A DNA stretch of 63,868 nt, the filler included, from Nemertoderma westbladi (lineage: Eukaryota > Animalia > Xenacoelomorpha), in the NCBI GenBank assembly GCA_032718475.1. It is 3 parts of 3 records of this genome, joined end to end, with 100 filler letters (N's around TTAATTAATTAA, not from the genome) between each part and the next. Parts side by side here need not be neighbours in the genome. Positions count along the whole stretch, not along the records: positions 1 to 27,426 come from JAUCBJ010001013.1; 2 more parts are not named here. One strand, given 5' to 3'. A program made the position numbers and the translations under genes. The notes under the pieces were generated by a model, which saw only the letters and a list, made by a program, of their open reading frames with translations, made no database searches and was not told where the DNA came from. Positions 10,671 through 22,200 of this stretch are shown in pieces. The stretch's first letter is position 1; each line of letters starts with the position of its first letter.

Positions 10671-12028
10671 CAGGCAGACACAATATACAGACACAAGTGC
10701 AGACACAATATACAGACACAAGTGCAGACACAAGTGCAGACACAATATACAGACAGAAGTGCAGACACAAGTGCAGACACAATATACAGACACAAGTGCA
10801 GACACAATATTCAGACACAAGTGCAGACACAATATACAGACACAAGAGTAGACACAATATACAGACACAAGTGCGGACACAATATACAGACACAAGTGCA
10901 GACACAATATACAGACACAAGAGCAGACACAATATATAGACACGAGTGCAGACACAATATACAGACACAAGTGCAGACACAATATACAGACACAAGTGCA
11001 GACACAATATACAGAAAAAAGTGCAGACACAATATACAGACACGAGTGCAGACACAATATACAGACACAAGTGCAGACACAATATACAGAAAAAAGTGCA
11101 GACACAATATACAGACACAAGTGCAGACACAAGTGCAGACACAATATACAGACACAAGTGCAGACACAATATACAGACACAAGTGCAGACACAATATTCA
11201 GACACAAGTGCAGACACAATATACAGACACATGAGCAGACACAATATACAGACACAAGTGCAGACACAATATACAGACACAAGTGCAGACACAATATACA
11301 GACACAAGAGCAGACACAATATACAGACACGAGTGCAGACACAATATACAGACACAATATACAGACACAAGTGCAGACACAATATACAGACACAAGTGCA
11401 GACACAATATGCAGACACAAGTGCAGACACAATATACAGACACAAGTGCAGACACAATATACAGACACAAGTGCAGACACAATATACAGACACAAGTGCA
11501 GACACAATATACAGACACAAGTGCAGACACAATATACAGACACGAGTGCAGACACAATATACAGACACAAGTGCAGACACAATATACAGAAAAAAGTGCA
11601 GACACAATATACAGACACAAGTGCAGACACAAGTGCAGACACAATATACAGACACAAGTGCAGACACAATATACAGACACAAGTGCAGACACTATATTCA
11701 GACACAAGTGCAGACACAATATACAGACACATGAGCAGACACAATATACAGACACAAGTGCAGACACAATATACAGACACAAGTGCAGACACAATATACA
11801 GACACAAGAGCAGACACAATATACAGACACGAGTGCAGACACAATATACAGACACAATTTCCACACACAAGTGCAGACACAATATACAGACACAAGTGCA
11901 GACACAATATACAGACACAAGTGCAGACACAAGTGCAGGCACAATATACAGACACGAGTGCAGATACAAGTGCAGACACAATATACAGAAAAAAGTGCAC
12001 ACACAATATACAGACACAAGTGCAGACA
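10671..12028. repeat. Minisatellite, 25-bp unit GTGCAGACACAATATACAGACACAA (12+13-bp subunits)
   Basis: Directly visible tandem array. It explains the many Cys/Val- and Gln/Thr-repeat ORFs. Confidence 0.95.
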
Positions 12029-13586
12029 TTGGTGCAGATCCTGCAGAGAGAAGTGCTGACACATGTGCTGACATAGGTTCACTTTCATGATCTGCCCCTG
12101 TATCTGTGTGTTCACGTTTTTGACTCTATATTTTTTTGAAACGTTTTCATTAATTATTTTCCAGGAATTGTCCCGAGTGGCCCGTACCCTGAGGGAGTCT
12201 GGTTCCACCACCGTCTCCATGGTTACCGAGCGAACATGTGAGGGGGATGTTACCTCGGGACGGTTGCGTAGGAACACCCAAACTGAGCCAGACGAAGGGT
12301 CAGACAACTCATGTCAGTCCGAGTGGAAGGATAAAAACTCAGCCGAAGGGGCACCCAAGGTCAGTTGAATTCAGGGTTTCTTTTTTTAATTTGCTGGTGG
12401 CGCTGTCGGCGCCATCGACAACATTTTCAAGTCACTACTAATACTACCGCCGTACTACTACTGATTAACCAGTAGTACCAGTAAGCTAACGATGTAAGCT
12501 TGCTAGTAAAAAAACCGTCAGATATCAGTTTAATGTGATTGTAGCTGAAGAACTTGGGTTGGGTCTTTATCTAATAATGTTTTATTAACAATTTGATTAA
12601 ATTGTTTCTGGACTAAATAAAATGAACTGTCGTCCTTCACTCTCAGGATAAACAGTTTCTATTACGATCGTAAAAGTTACGCCGACAACGACAAAAACCA
12701 AACTGCAACATGAGCTGATCACTCTCGTTATTGTTTCGAGTTCCCCTGTTTCCCTGTAACCTGTACATTTTTCCCTCAATTGCTAATTAACGTTAATTAG
12801 CATTAATAAAGGTTGTTGTCTGTGTCGTGATAGCGTCACATTCCTGAACATTTTATAACAGACGCTAATACTATATATCCGTTTTAATACTATAGTTTGT
12901 GGGTTAGCAATGGTAAGCATGTTGTATGTGTAACTTTATATTGGGTTATTCGAAGCCTAAAATTATTATTTATTATTTTGGATTTTCAATTCTAATTTAT
13001 TAATATTATTTAATGAGTTTTTTTTATGATTTATATAATTATGATATTTCACATATTTCTTTAGAAATAATGATTTTTTTCCCGTAGCTGCAGATTATTT
13101 TTAACAATTATTAGTAACGCTACTCTTATTTTTTATATTCCTGTGTCATTAATTAGCGGCTCTGTTTAGAACGATCTGCTTCTGTGATGATATCATCTAT
13201 AATGTCTTTCTTTACATAATTAATTATAATGATGAAATCATTTCGCCCCTATCTGAGAAGCGTATTTACTAAAATGGAACGTAAAGGGAACGTAGGAAAA
13301 AATTTATTTGTCTTTCATGTCTGTAATACGTAATTTTTCTATACAAAATTGCCTTTTCATCTTCCATTCCTCGCCATCTGAATGTGACGTCATCATATGT
13401 CAAAATAATTACTGAATGGGGAGGGGGTAGGCTTTGGAGAAAAATACTCTCCAGCAGTTTTAGCCAGATGATGACTGATGAACTTGGGTGGAGGGTTGAG
13501 TCATTTGTGGATGACCACGGTTGGTGGTTGCTGATTGTGATTACATATGGTAACGGTAAGGTGTGCAATGTTAGCGTATAAGCTCA

Positions 13587-13845
13587 TTAGGTCCTTTGTG
13601 CGTTAGGTCCTTCGTCGTTAAGTCCTTTGTGCGTTAGGTCCTTTGTGCGTTAGGTCCTTTGTGCGTTAGGTCCTTTGTGCGTTAGGTCCTTTGTGCGTTA
13701 GGTCCTTTGTGCGTTAGGTCCTTCGTCGTTAAGTCCTTTGTGCGTTAGGTCCTTTGTGCGTTAGGTCCTTTGTGCGTTAGGTCCTTTGTGCGTTAGGTCC
13801 TTTGTGCGTTAGGTCCTTTGTGCGTTAGGTCCTCCAGTCCTTAAG
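13587..13845. repeat. Minisatellite, 16-bp unit TTAGGTCCTTTGTGCG
   Basis: About 16 tandem copies. One inverted unit occurs at ~15390-15402. Confidence 0.95.
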
Positions 13846-14087
13846 TCTGGAATTATCTACCCGCACGGTACGGTACCGCAAATAACAGAAAAAAAATAAA
13901 ACTGTAACTTATTCTGCTGACTTTGTATTTTGCTTAGTGTGGTGACGTCGCGGCAACGACACTGTGTGATATTGAGCGCAAACGGTGACGGTGGGTTTGG
14001 TGTCGATGAAAATATATGAGTTTATAGTTCAATTATATTTCATTAATAGCGGTAGCTCAGAATGATGGACTAAAAAGGTCTCAGGAA

Positions 14088-15129
14088 TTCTTACCCGCGA
14101 GTATTCTTAGCCCGCGAGTATTCTTAGCCCGCGAGTATTCTTAGCCCGCGAATATTCTTAGCCCGCGAGTATACTTAGCCCGCGAGTATTCCTAGCCCGC
14201 GAGTATTCTTAGCCCGCGAGTATTCTTAGCACGCGAGTATTCTTAACCCGCGTGTATTCTTAGCCCGCGAGTATTCTTAGCCCGTGAGTATTTCTAGCCC
14301 GCGAGTATTCTTAACCCGCGTGCATTCCTAGCCCGCGAGTATTCTTAGCCCGCGAGTATTCTTAACCCGCGAGTATTCTTAGCCCGCGAGTATTCTTAGC
14401 CCGCGATTATTCCTAGCCCGCGAGTATTCTTAGCCCGCGAGTATTCTCAGCCTGCGAGTATTCTTAGCCCGCGAGTATTCTTAGCCCGCGAGTATTCTTA
14501 GCCCGCGAATATTCTTAGCCCGCGAGTATTCTTAGCCCGCGAATATTCTTAGCCCGCGAGTATTCTTTGCCCGCGAGTATTCTTAACCCTCGAGTATTCT
14601 TAGCCCGCGAGTATTCTTAGCCCGCGAGTATTCTTAGCCCGCGAGTATTCTTAGCTTACGAGTATTCTTAGCCCGTGGGTATTCTTAGCCCACGAGAATT
14701 CTTAGCCCGCGAGAATTCTTAACCCGCGAGTATTCTTAGCCCGCGAGTATTCTTAGCCCGCGAGTATTCTTAGCCCGCGAGTATTCTTAACCCGCGAGTA
14801 TTCTTAGCCCGCTAGTATTCATAGCCCGCGAGTATTCTTAGCCCGCGAGTATTCTTAGCCCGCGAGTATTCTTAACCCGCGAGTATTCTTAGCCCGCGAG
14901 TATTCTTAGCCCGCGAGTATTCTTAGCCCGCGAGTATTTTTAGCCCGCGAGTATTCTTAACCCGCGAGTATTCTTAGCCCGCTAGTATTCATAGCCCGCG
15001 AGTATTCTTAGCCCGCGAATATTCTTAGCCCGCGAGTATTCTTAACCCGCGAGTATTCCTAGCCCGCGAGTATTCTTAGCCCGCGAGTATTCTTAGCCCG
15101 CGAGTATTCTTAGCCCGCGAGTATTCTTA
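14088..15129. repeat. Minisatellite, 17-bp unit CCCGCGAGTATTCTTAG
   Basis: About 60 tandem CpG-rich copies with point variants. Confidence 0.95.
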
Positions 15130-15500
15130 ATAAACGAGCCATTGAGTTCACGAATGACAGAGTATCACCAACTACCAATACATAAACACGACTTGCAATA
15201 GGCTAAAAATAGAGCATAGACTGCGGCGAAGTGATAATTAATAGGCAGTAAGCGAAGGCGTGTGTAGTTAGATTGCATGGAATGTAATAATGGGCAGGAT
15301 ATGGAAAGATGACGAAAAGCTATAATAGAGAGGCCGTATGGTAACGACAATAACTGTAACTGCAACCTGCTCCTTTCCCTAAAAGCGTAAAAGGACCTAA
15401 CGCGGCAAGCACAATCCACAGTTAGTAATAGCACAGCGAAATCACACTGCAGATCTTTTAAATACCTGAGTGTTTGAAACTCATTTATCCCATCATTTTC

Positions 15501-15967
15501 ATAACTGTTTGTTGGGCACAGCTTTTGCAAAGTCGGCAATGACGTCCAGGTGGGATCGAACTGGTGACCTCCGGGTTGGAAGTCTGACGTTATAACTATT
15601 CAGCTAACGGATCAGGTACTGCGCCCACTGTGCTCATCAATACCGCACTTGGCCGTCTATAACCATTGTGGCCGTAATGGTTCATGGTTAATATACACTA
15701 CCCTTTTATTGTAGCGAGTGGTTAAAGACGGCCAAGTACGGTAGGGTTGAGCACAGTGGCAGCATATGATGGTATTGGCAGATGGAAGGTCATGAGGTGG
15801 TAAATTGCGGACAAACAAGGTATCAGATAGTATTTCCAGGTCTATCTTTTACCTGAGCCGCTAGCTGAATGGTTAGAGTGTCAGACTTCCAACCCGGAGG
15901 TCACCAGTTCGATCCCACCTGGAGGTCATTTCCGACTTTGCAAAAGCTGTGCCCAACAAAAAGTTAT
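15501..15967. mobile_element. Palindromic twin tRNA-derived SINE heads flanking an inner inverted repeat
   Basis: 15501-15618 (minus) and 15850-15967 (plus) are inverted copies. Plus copy: A box TAGCTGAATGG, TTCCAA anticodon-like loop, B box GTTCGATCC. Inner palindrome at 15625-15759. Confidence 0.75.
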
Positions 15968-16027
15968 AATAATATAAAACCACTCATTAACTCATAACAC
16001 CAATAATAAATCATTTTCATAGTTGAC

Positions 16028-17482
16028 ATGTACCGAACAACAAGAGTCCCACAAGAAATGAAAACAAATAAGTTGGTGCCAGTTCCCAAGAAGGGCAACC
16101 GCACACTCCATGGTTCTTTTCGGGAAATGTCACTGATCTCGATTGCTGCAAAACTATACAATAGAATTCTATTAAATCGCATCATGGATCCCATTGAGAG
16201 ACTGCTCCGTGGAAATCAGAATGGGTTCCGTAAAGGTCGTGGGTCCATGGAGCCCAGTTTGGCACTTAGAAGGATAATTGAAGAGTTATCAAAAAAGAAA
16301 GACAGGCATCTGGATGTTATCTTTGTTGACTTCTTCAAGGTCTTTGATTCAGTCTCTCGCTCACGTATGTTCAGCATACTTTCATTATATGGGATTCCTG
16401 ATGAAAAGAAGCAATCAGATCAGTATACGATGGTTCGACAACATTTGTGTCTTCTGTTGACGGTGACACAGAACCATTTGAAGTGTTATGGGGCGTCCTC
16501 CAGGGAGACACACTTGCGCCATTCTTGTTCATAATTGTGGTTGACTATGTTCTACGCATGTCCTTAGATCATTATAATGATGATGGGGTGATGATAACTC
16601 CACCTACTGGCTCCAGAAGTCGAGGAAATCCTGCCAAGTACCTAACTGATCTAGACTTTGCTGATGACTTAGGAGTACTCTCAGAATCACTAGAGGGAGC
16701 CCAACGGCTCCTCAACTCATTAGAACATGCTGCTTCTAGTGTTGGTCTTTTTATTAACTCCAAAAAGACCAAAATTTTGACAGTTAACTTTGAAAGTCCT
16801 CAACAAGTCTCTGATCGGATGAGCATAAGCTCAAAGGATATATCGTCCACATGCTTGAGCATGTGGACGACTTCTGTTACCTGGGATCATGTATCCGGAA
16901 GTCAGGTGAGAACCTTCGAATACGTGAGGGAAAGGCATGGGCAGCCTTGAATAGGCTTTCCAGGATTTGGAAGTCACCGAGAATTAATCGGAAACTTAAG
17001 GTCCGATTATTTAGAGCAGCAGTAGTTCCAGTACTCCTCTATGGGAGTCCATGCTGGGCTCTAACTGCTGAGGACACCAAATCTCTGGATGGCACATTCA
17101 AAAGAATGCTACGCCGTGTTGACTGTGTCAATTACAATGCACATATATCCAACCAGACACTATATAACATTGGTGGTGTCTCATTGGTTCCCCCAAGCTT
17201 GACACTAGAACAAAGCCACTTCCGCTTTGCAGGACATTGCTTTCGCCGTGAGGACCAGCCATTGCATAATCATGTTCTTTGGCAGTCTCATGGAGTGAAT
17301 AAGCATGGTGGCAGCCCATGACTTTCTTGAGACGCATCTTAAAGGACACTGGCCTTGAAGATGCGGATGATCTAGCAAATGTCATGGGTGATAGGGAGTT
17401 GTGGCGGCGCAATTTTGTCGACAAGCCGGCTGAGCATTCTTAGTGTAATATATATATAATGCAGCATGCCGATCGTAGTAGT
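16028..17482 (+). mobile_element. 5'-truncated, frameshifted RTE-clade LINE (RT domain)
   Basis: Motifs VPVPKKG, NQNGFRKGR, FVDFFKVFDSV, GVLQGDTLAPFLF, LDFADD, FCYLGS, RFAGHCFR spread over several frames. The 3' end TGCAGCATGCCG..TAGTAG is shared with the copy at 39011-40298. Confidence 0.9.
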
Positions 17483-17823
17483 ACACTGTAGATTAAAATA
17501 TATTTCAGCCATTATTAGTCATAAAAGTATTTTTTGTTTCCCATGGATATATGTGTATGTAATTGATTGTACTATGTATAAGAAAGATTTTCTTTCTTCA
17601 TTCCTAATATAATACTCCAGTTATATATTAGTTATAAGGCCATTTTCTTGAACAAAAGTTTAATGCGCCGATTTTAATCTCGGTAATCCGGAAATTACAA
17701 AAAACGGATTCAAATTTAACTGGAAATCACATGGTGGATAAACTAAATAAATAATAAAGTTTTATTATTATTATTGATTTAAATATTTTCTGGACCTATG
17801 TAAATTTCTTCTTACACTCCCAG

Positions 17824-18184
17824 GTGGTGGTTACACCTAAAATTATAACAGACCCACCCCAACGGATGCAAATACCGACTCAGAGCGAGTTTGTGAATTC
17901 ATCTAAAGGTCGACCCTCAACAAAGCCGTCTGTGACATCTAGCGGTAGAAAGCCACAACCTACGGCCCAATCACGCCCTAGACAGCCTGCAAATCCTCCG
18001 TTCTTCCAGTATCAGCCGCCCTTCGGTGGCTGTTTTCTGGGCACTCCCTTCTACCCCAACCCCTATGGCCCACCAGCCCCTCCCCCATATGCCCAGCCAC
18101 CCTTCCCACCACATCCCTACCCCTCATTTCAGTCTACCAATCCATTTGAGCCTCTTTTCCAGGAGAATTTCGGCTCCAGACCTG
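17824..18184 (+). CDS. Possible internal exon encoding a Pro-rich segment (PPPPY and NPF motifs), parent gene unknown
   Basis: Pyrimidine tract plus CAG acceptor ending at 17823, GTAAGT donor at 18185, open frame throughout, GC-richer than flanks. Confidence 0.4.
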
Positions 18185-18225
18185 GTAAGTATACATACAT
18201 AGCGGTTGCTATAGTTACAAGCGAC

Positions 18226-19208
18226 TCAGTAATGGTAATAGAGTAATGGTCATATAGTAATGGGAGTCAGAGTAATGGTCATATAGTAATGGGAGTCATA
18301 GAGTAATGGGAGTCATAGGGTAATGGGAGTCATAGAGTAATGGTCATAGAGTAATTGGAGTCATAGAGTAATGGGAGTCATAGAGTAATGGTCATATAGT
18401 AATGGGAGTCAGAGTAATGGTCATATAGTAATGGGAGTCATAGAGTAATGGGAGTCATAGGGTAATGGGAGTCATAGAGTAATGGTCATAGAGTAATTGG
18501 AGTCATAGAGTAATGGGAGTCATAGAGTAATGGTCATAGAGTAATGGGAGTTATAGAGTAATGGGAATCATAGAGTAATTGTCATATAGTAATGGGAGTC
18601 ATAGAGTAATGGGAGTCATAGGGTAATGGGAGTCATAGCGTAATGGGAGTCATAGAGTAATGGGAGTCATAGAGTAATGGTCATAGAGTAATGGGAGTCA
18701 TAGAGTAATGGGAGTCATAGAGTAATGGGAGTCATAGGGTAATGGGAGTCATAGGGTAATGGGAGTCATAGCGTAATGGGAGTCATAGAGTAATGGGAGT
18801 CATAGAGTAATGGTCATAGAGTAATGGGAGTCATAGAGTAATGGGAGTCATATAGTAATGGGAGTCATAGAGTAATGGGAGTCATAGAGTAATGGTCATA
18901 GAGTAATGGGAGTCATAGAGTAATGGGAGTCATATAGTAATGGGAGTCATAGAGTAATGGGAGTCATAGAGTAATGTTCATAGAGTAATGGGAGTCATAG
19001 AGTAATGGGAGTCATAGAGTAATGGGAGTCATAGAGTAATGGGAGTCATAGAGTAATGGTCATAGAGTAATGGGAGTCATAGAGTAATGGTCATAGAGTA
19101 ATGGGAGTCATAGAGTAATGGTCATATAGTAATGGGAGTCATAGAGTAATGGGAGTCATAGTGTAATGGGAGTCATAGAGTAATGGTCATAGAGTAATGG
19201 GAGTCATA
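18226..19208. repeat. Minisatellite, 17-bp unit GAGTCATAGAGTAATGG with 14-bp variants
   Basis: Directly visible tandem array abutting the 26-bp array. Confidence 0.95.
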
Positions 19209-19209
19209 C

Positions 19210-22200
19210 TAGTTTCTGCTACTCTCTTCCTTTAATAGTTTGTGCTACTCTCTTCCTTTAATAGTTTGTGCTACTCTCTTCCTTTAATAGTTTGTGCTAC
19301 TCTCTTCCTTTAATAGTTTGTGCTACTCTCTTCCTTTAATAGTTTGTGTTACTCTCTTCCTTTAATAGTTTGTGCTACTCTCTTCCTTTAATAGTTTGTG
19401 TTACTCTCTTCCTTTAATAGTTTGTGCTACTCTCTTCCTTTAATAGTTTGTGCTACTCTCTTCCTTTAATAGTTTGTGCTACTCTCTTCCTTTAATAGTT
19501 TGTGCTACTCTCTTCCTTTAATAGTTTGTGCTACTCTCTTCCTTTAATAGTTTGTGCTACTCTCTTCCTTTAATAGTTTGTGCTACTCTCTTCCTTTAAT
19601 AATTTGTGCTACTCTCTTCCTTTAATAGTTTGTGCTACTCTCTTCCTTTAATAGTTTGTGCTACTCTCTTCCTTTAATAGTTTGTGCTACTCTCTTCCTT
19701 TAATAGTTTGTGCTACTCTCTTCCTTTAATAGTTTGTGCTACTCTCTTCCTTTAATAGTTTGTGCTACTCTCTTCCTTTAATAGTTTGTGTTACTCTCTT
19801 CCTTTAATAGTTTGTGCTACTCTCTTCCTTTAATAGTTTGTGCTACTCTCTTCCTTTAATAGTTTGTGCTACTCTCTTCCTTTAATAGTTTGTGCTACTC
19901 TCTTCCTTTAATAGTTTGTGCTACTCTCTTCCTTTAATAGTTTGTGCTACTCTCTTCCTTTAATAGTTTGTGCTACTCTCTTCCTTTAATAGTTTGTGCT
20001 ACTCTCTTCCTTTAATAGTTTGTGCTACTCTCTTCCTTTAATAGTTTGTGCTACTCTCTTCCTTTAATAGTTTGTGCTACTCTCTTCCTTTAATAGTTTG
20101 TGCTACTCTCTTCCTTTAATAGTTTGTGCTACTCTCTTCCTTTAATAGTTTGTGCTACTCTCTTCCTTTAATAGTTTGTGCTACTCTCTTCCTTTAATAG
20201 TTTGTGCTACTCTCTTCCTTTAATAGTTTGTGCTACTCTCTTCCTTTAATAGTTTGTGCTACTCTCTTCCTTTAATAGTTTGTGCTACTCTCTTCCTTTA
20301 ATAGTTTGTGCTACTCTCTTCCTTTAATAGTTTGTGCTACTCTCTTCCTTTAATAGTTTGTGCTACTCTCTTCCTTTAATAGTTTGTGCTACTCTCTTCC
20401 TTTAATAGTTTGTGCTACTCTCTTCCTTTAATAGTTTGTGCTACTCTCTTCCTTTAATAGTTTGTGCTACTCTCTTCCTTTAATAGTTTGTGCTACTCTC
20501 TTCCTTTAATAGTTTGTGCTACTCTCTTCCTTTAATAGTTTGTGCTACTCTCTTCCTTTAATAGTTTGTGCTACTCTCTTCCTTTAATAGTTTGTGCTAC
20601 TCTCTTCCTTTAATAGTTTGTGCTACTCTCTTCCTTTAATAGTTTGTGCTACTCTCTTCCTTTAATAGTTTGTGCTACTCTCTTCCTTTAATAGTTTGTG
20701 CTACTCTCTTCCTTTAATAGTTTGTGCTACTCTCTTCCTTTAATAGTTTGTGCTACTCTCTTCCTTTAATAGTTTGTGCTACTCTCTTCCTTTAATAGTT
20801 TGTGCTACTCTCTTCCTTTAATAGTTTGTGCTACTCTCTTCCTTTAATAGTTTGTGCTACTCTCTTCCTTTAATAGTTTGTGCTACTCTCTTCCTTTAAT
20901 AGTTTGTGCTACTCTCTTCCTTTAATAGTTTGTGCTACTCTCTTCCTTTAATAGTTTGTGCTACTCTCTTCCTTTAATAGTTTGTGCTACTCTCTTCCTT
21001 TAATAGTTTGTGCTACTCTCTTCCTTTAATAGTTTGTGCTACTCTCTTCCTTTAATAGTTTGTGCTACTCTCTTCCTTTAATAGTTTGTGCTACTCTCTT
21101 CCTTTAATAGTTTGTGCTACTCTCTTCCTTTAATAGTTTGTGCTACTCTCTTCCTTTAATAGTTTGTGCTACTCTCTTCCTTTAATAGTTTGTGCTACTC
21201 TCTTCCTTTAATAGTTTGTGCTACTCTCTTCCTTTAATAGTTTGTGCTACTCTCTTCCTTTAATAGTTTGTGCTACTCTCTTCCTTTAATAGTTTGTGCT
21301 ACTCTCTTCCTTTAATAGTTTGTGCTACTCTCTTCCTTTAATAGTTTGTGCTACTCTCTTCCTTTAATAGTTTGTGCTACTCTCTTCCTTTAATAGTTTG
21401 TGCTACTCTCTTCCTTTAATAGTTTGTGCTACTCTCTTCCTTTAATAGTTTGTGCTACTCTCTTCCTTTAATAGTTTGTGCTACTCTCTTCCTTTAATAG
21501 TTTGTGCTACTCTCTTCCTTTAATAGTTTGTGCTACTCTCTTCCTTTAATAGTTTGTGCTACTCTCTTCCTTTAATAGTTTGTGCTACTCTCTTCCTTTA
21601 ATAGTTTGTGCTACTCTCTTCCTTTAATAGTTTGTGCTACTCTCTTCCTTTAATAGTTTGTGCTACTCTCTTCCTTTAATAGTTTGTGCTACTCTCTTCC
21701 TTTAATAGTTTGTGCTACTCTCTTCCTTTAATAGTTTGTGCTACTCTCTTCCTTTAATAGTTTGTGCTACTCTCTTCCTTTAATAGTTTGTGCTACTCTC
21801 TTCCTTTAATAGTTTGTGCTACTCTCTTCCTTTAATAGTTTGTGCTACTCTCTTCCTTTAATAGTTTGTGCTACTCTCTTCCTTTAATAGTTTGTGCTAC
21901 TCTCTTCCTTTAATAGTTTGTGCTACTCTCTTCCTTTAATAGTTTGTGCTACTCTCTTCCTTTAATAGTTTGTGCTACTCTCTTCCTTTAATAGTTTGTG
22001 CTACTCTCTTCCTTTAATAGTTTGTGCTACTCTCTTCCTTTAATAGTTTGTGCTACTCTCTTCCTTTAATAGTTTGTGCTACTCTCTTCCTTTAATAGTT
22101 TGTGCTACTCTCTTCCTTTAATAGTTTGTGCTACTCTCTTCCTTTAATAGTTTGTGCTACTCTCTTCCTTTAATAGTTTGTGCTACTCTCTTCCTTTAAT

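Noticed and set aside
10601-12307. Long Cys/Val/Leu- and Gln/Thr-repeat ORFs on both strands
   Set aside because: They are translations of a stop-poor 25-bp minisatellite, open in many frames at once with a unit length not divisible by 3.
15856-15928. tRNA-Gly(TCC) gene (also 55001-55070)
   Set aside because: Acceptor and anticodon stems pair poorly and the heads run into SINE-type bodies, so these are SINE heads rather than functional tRNAs.
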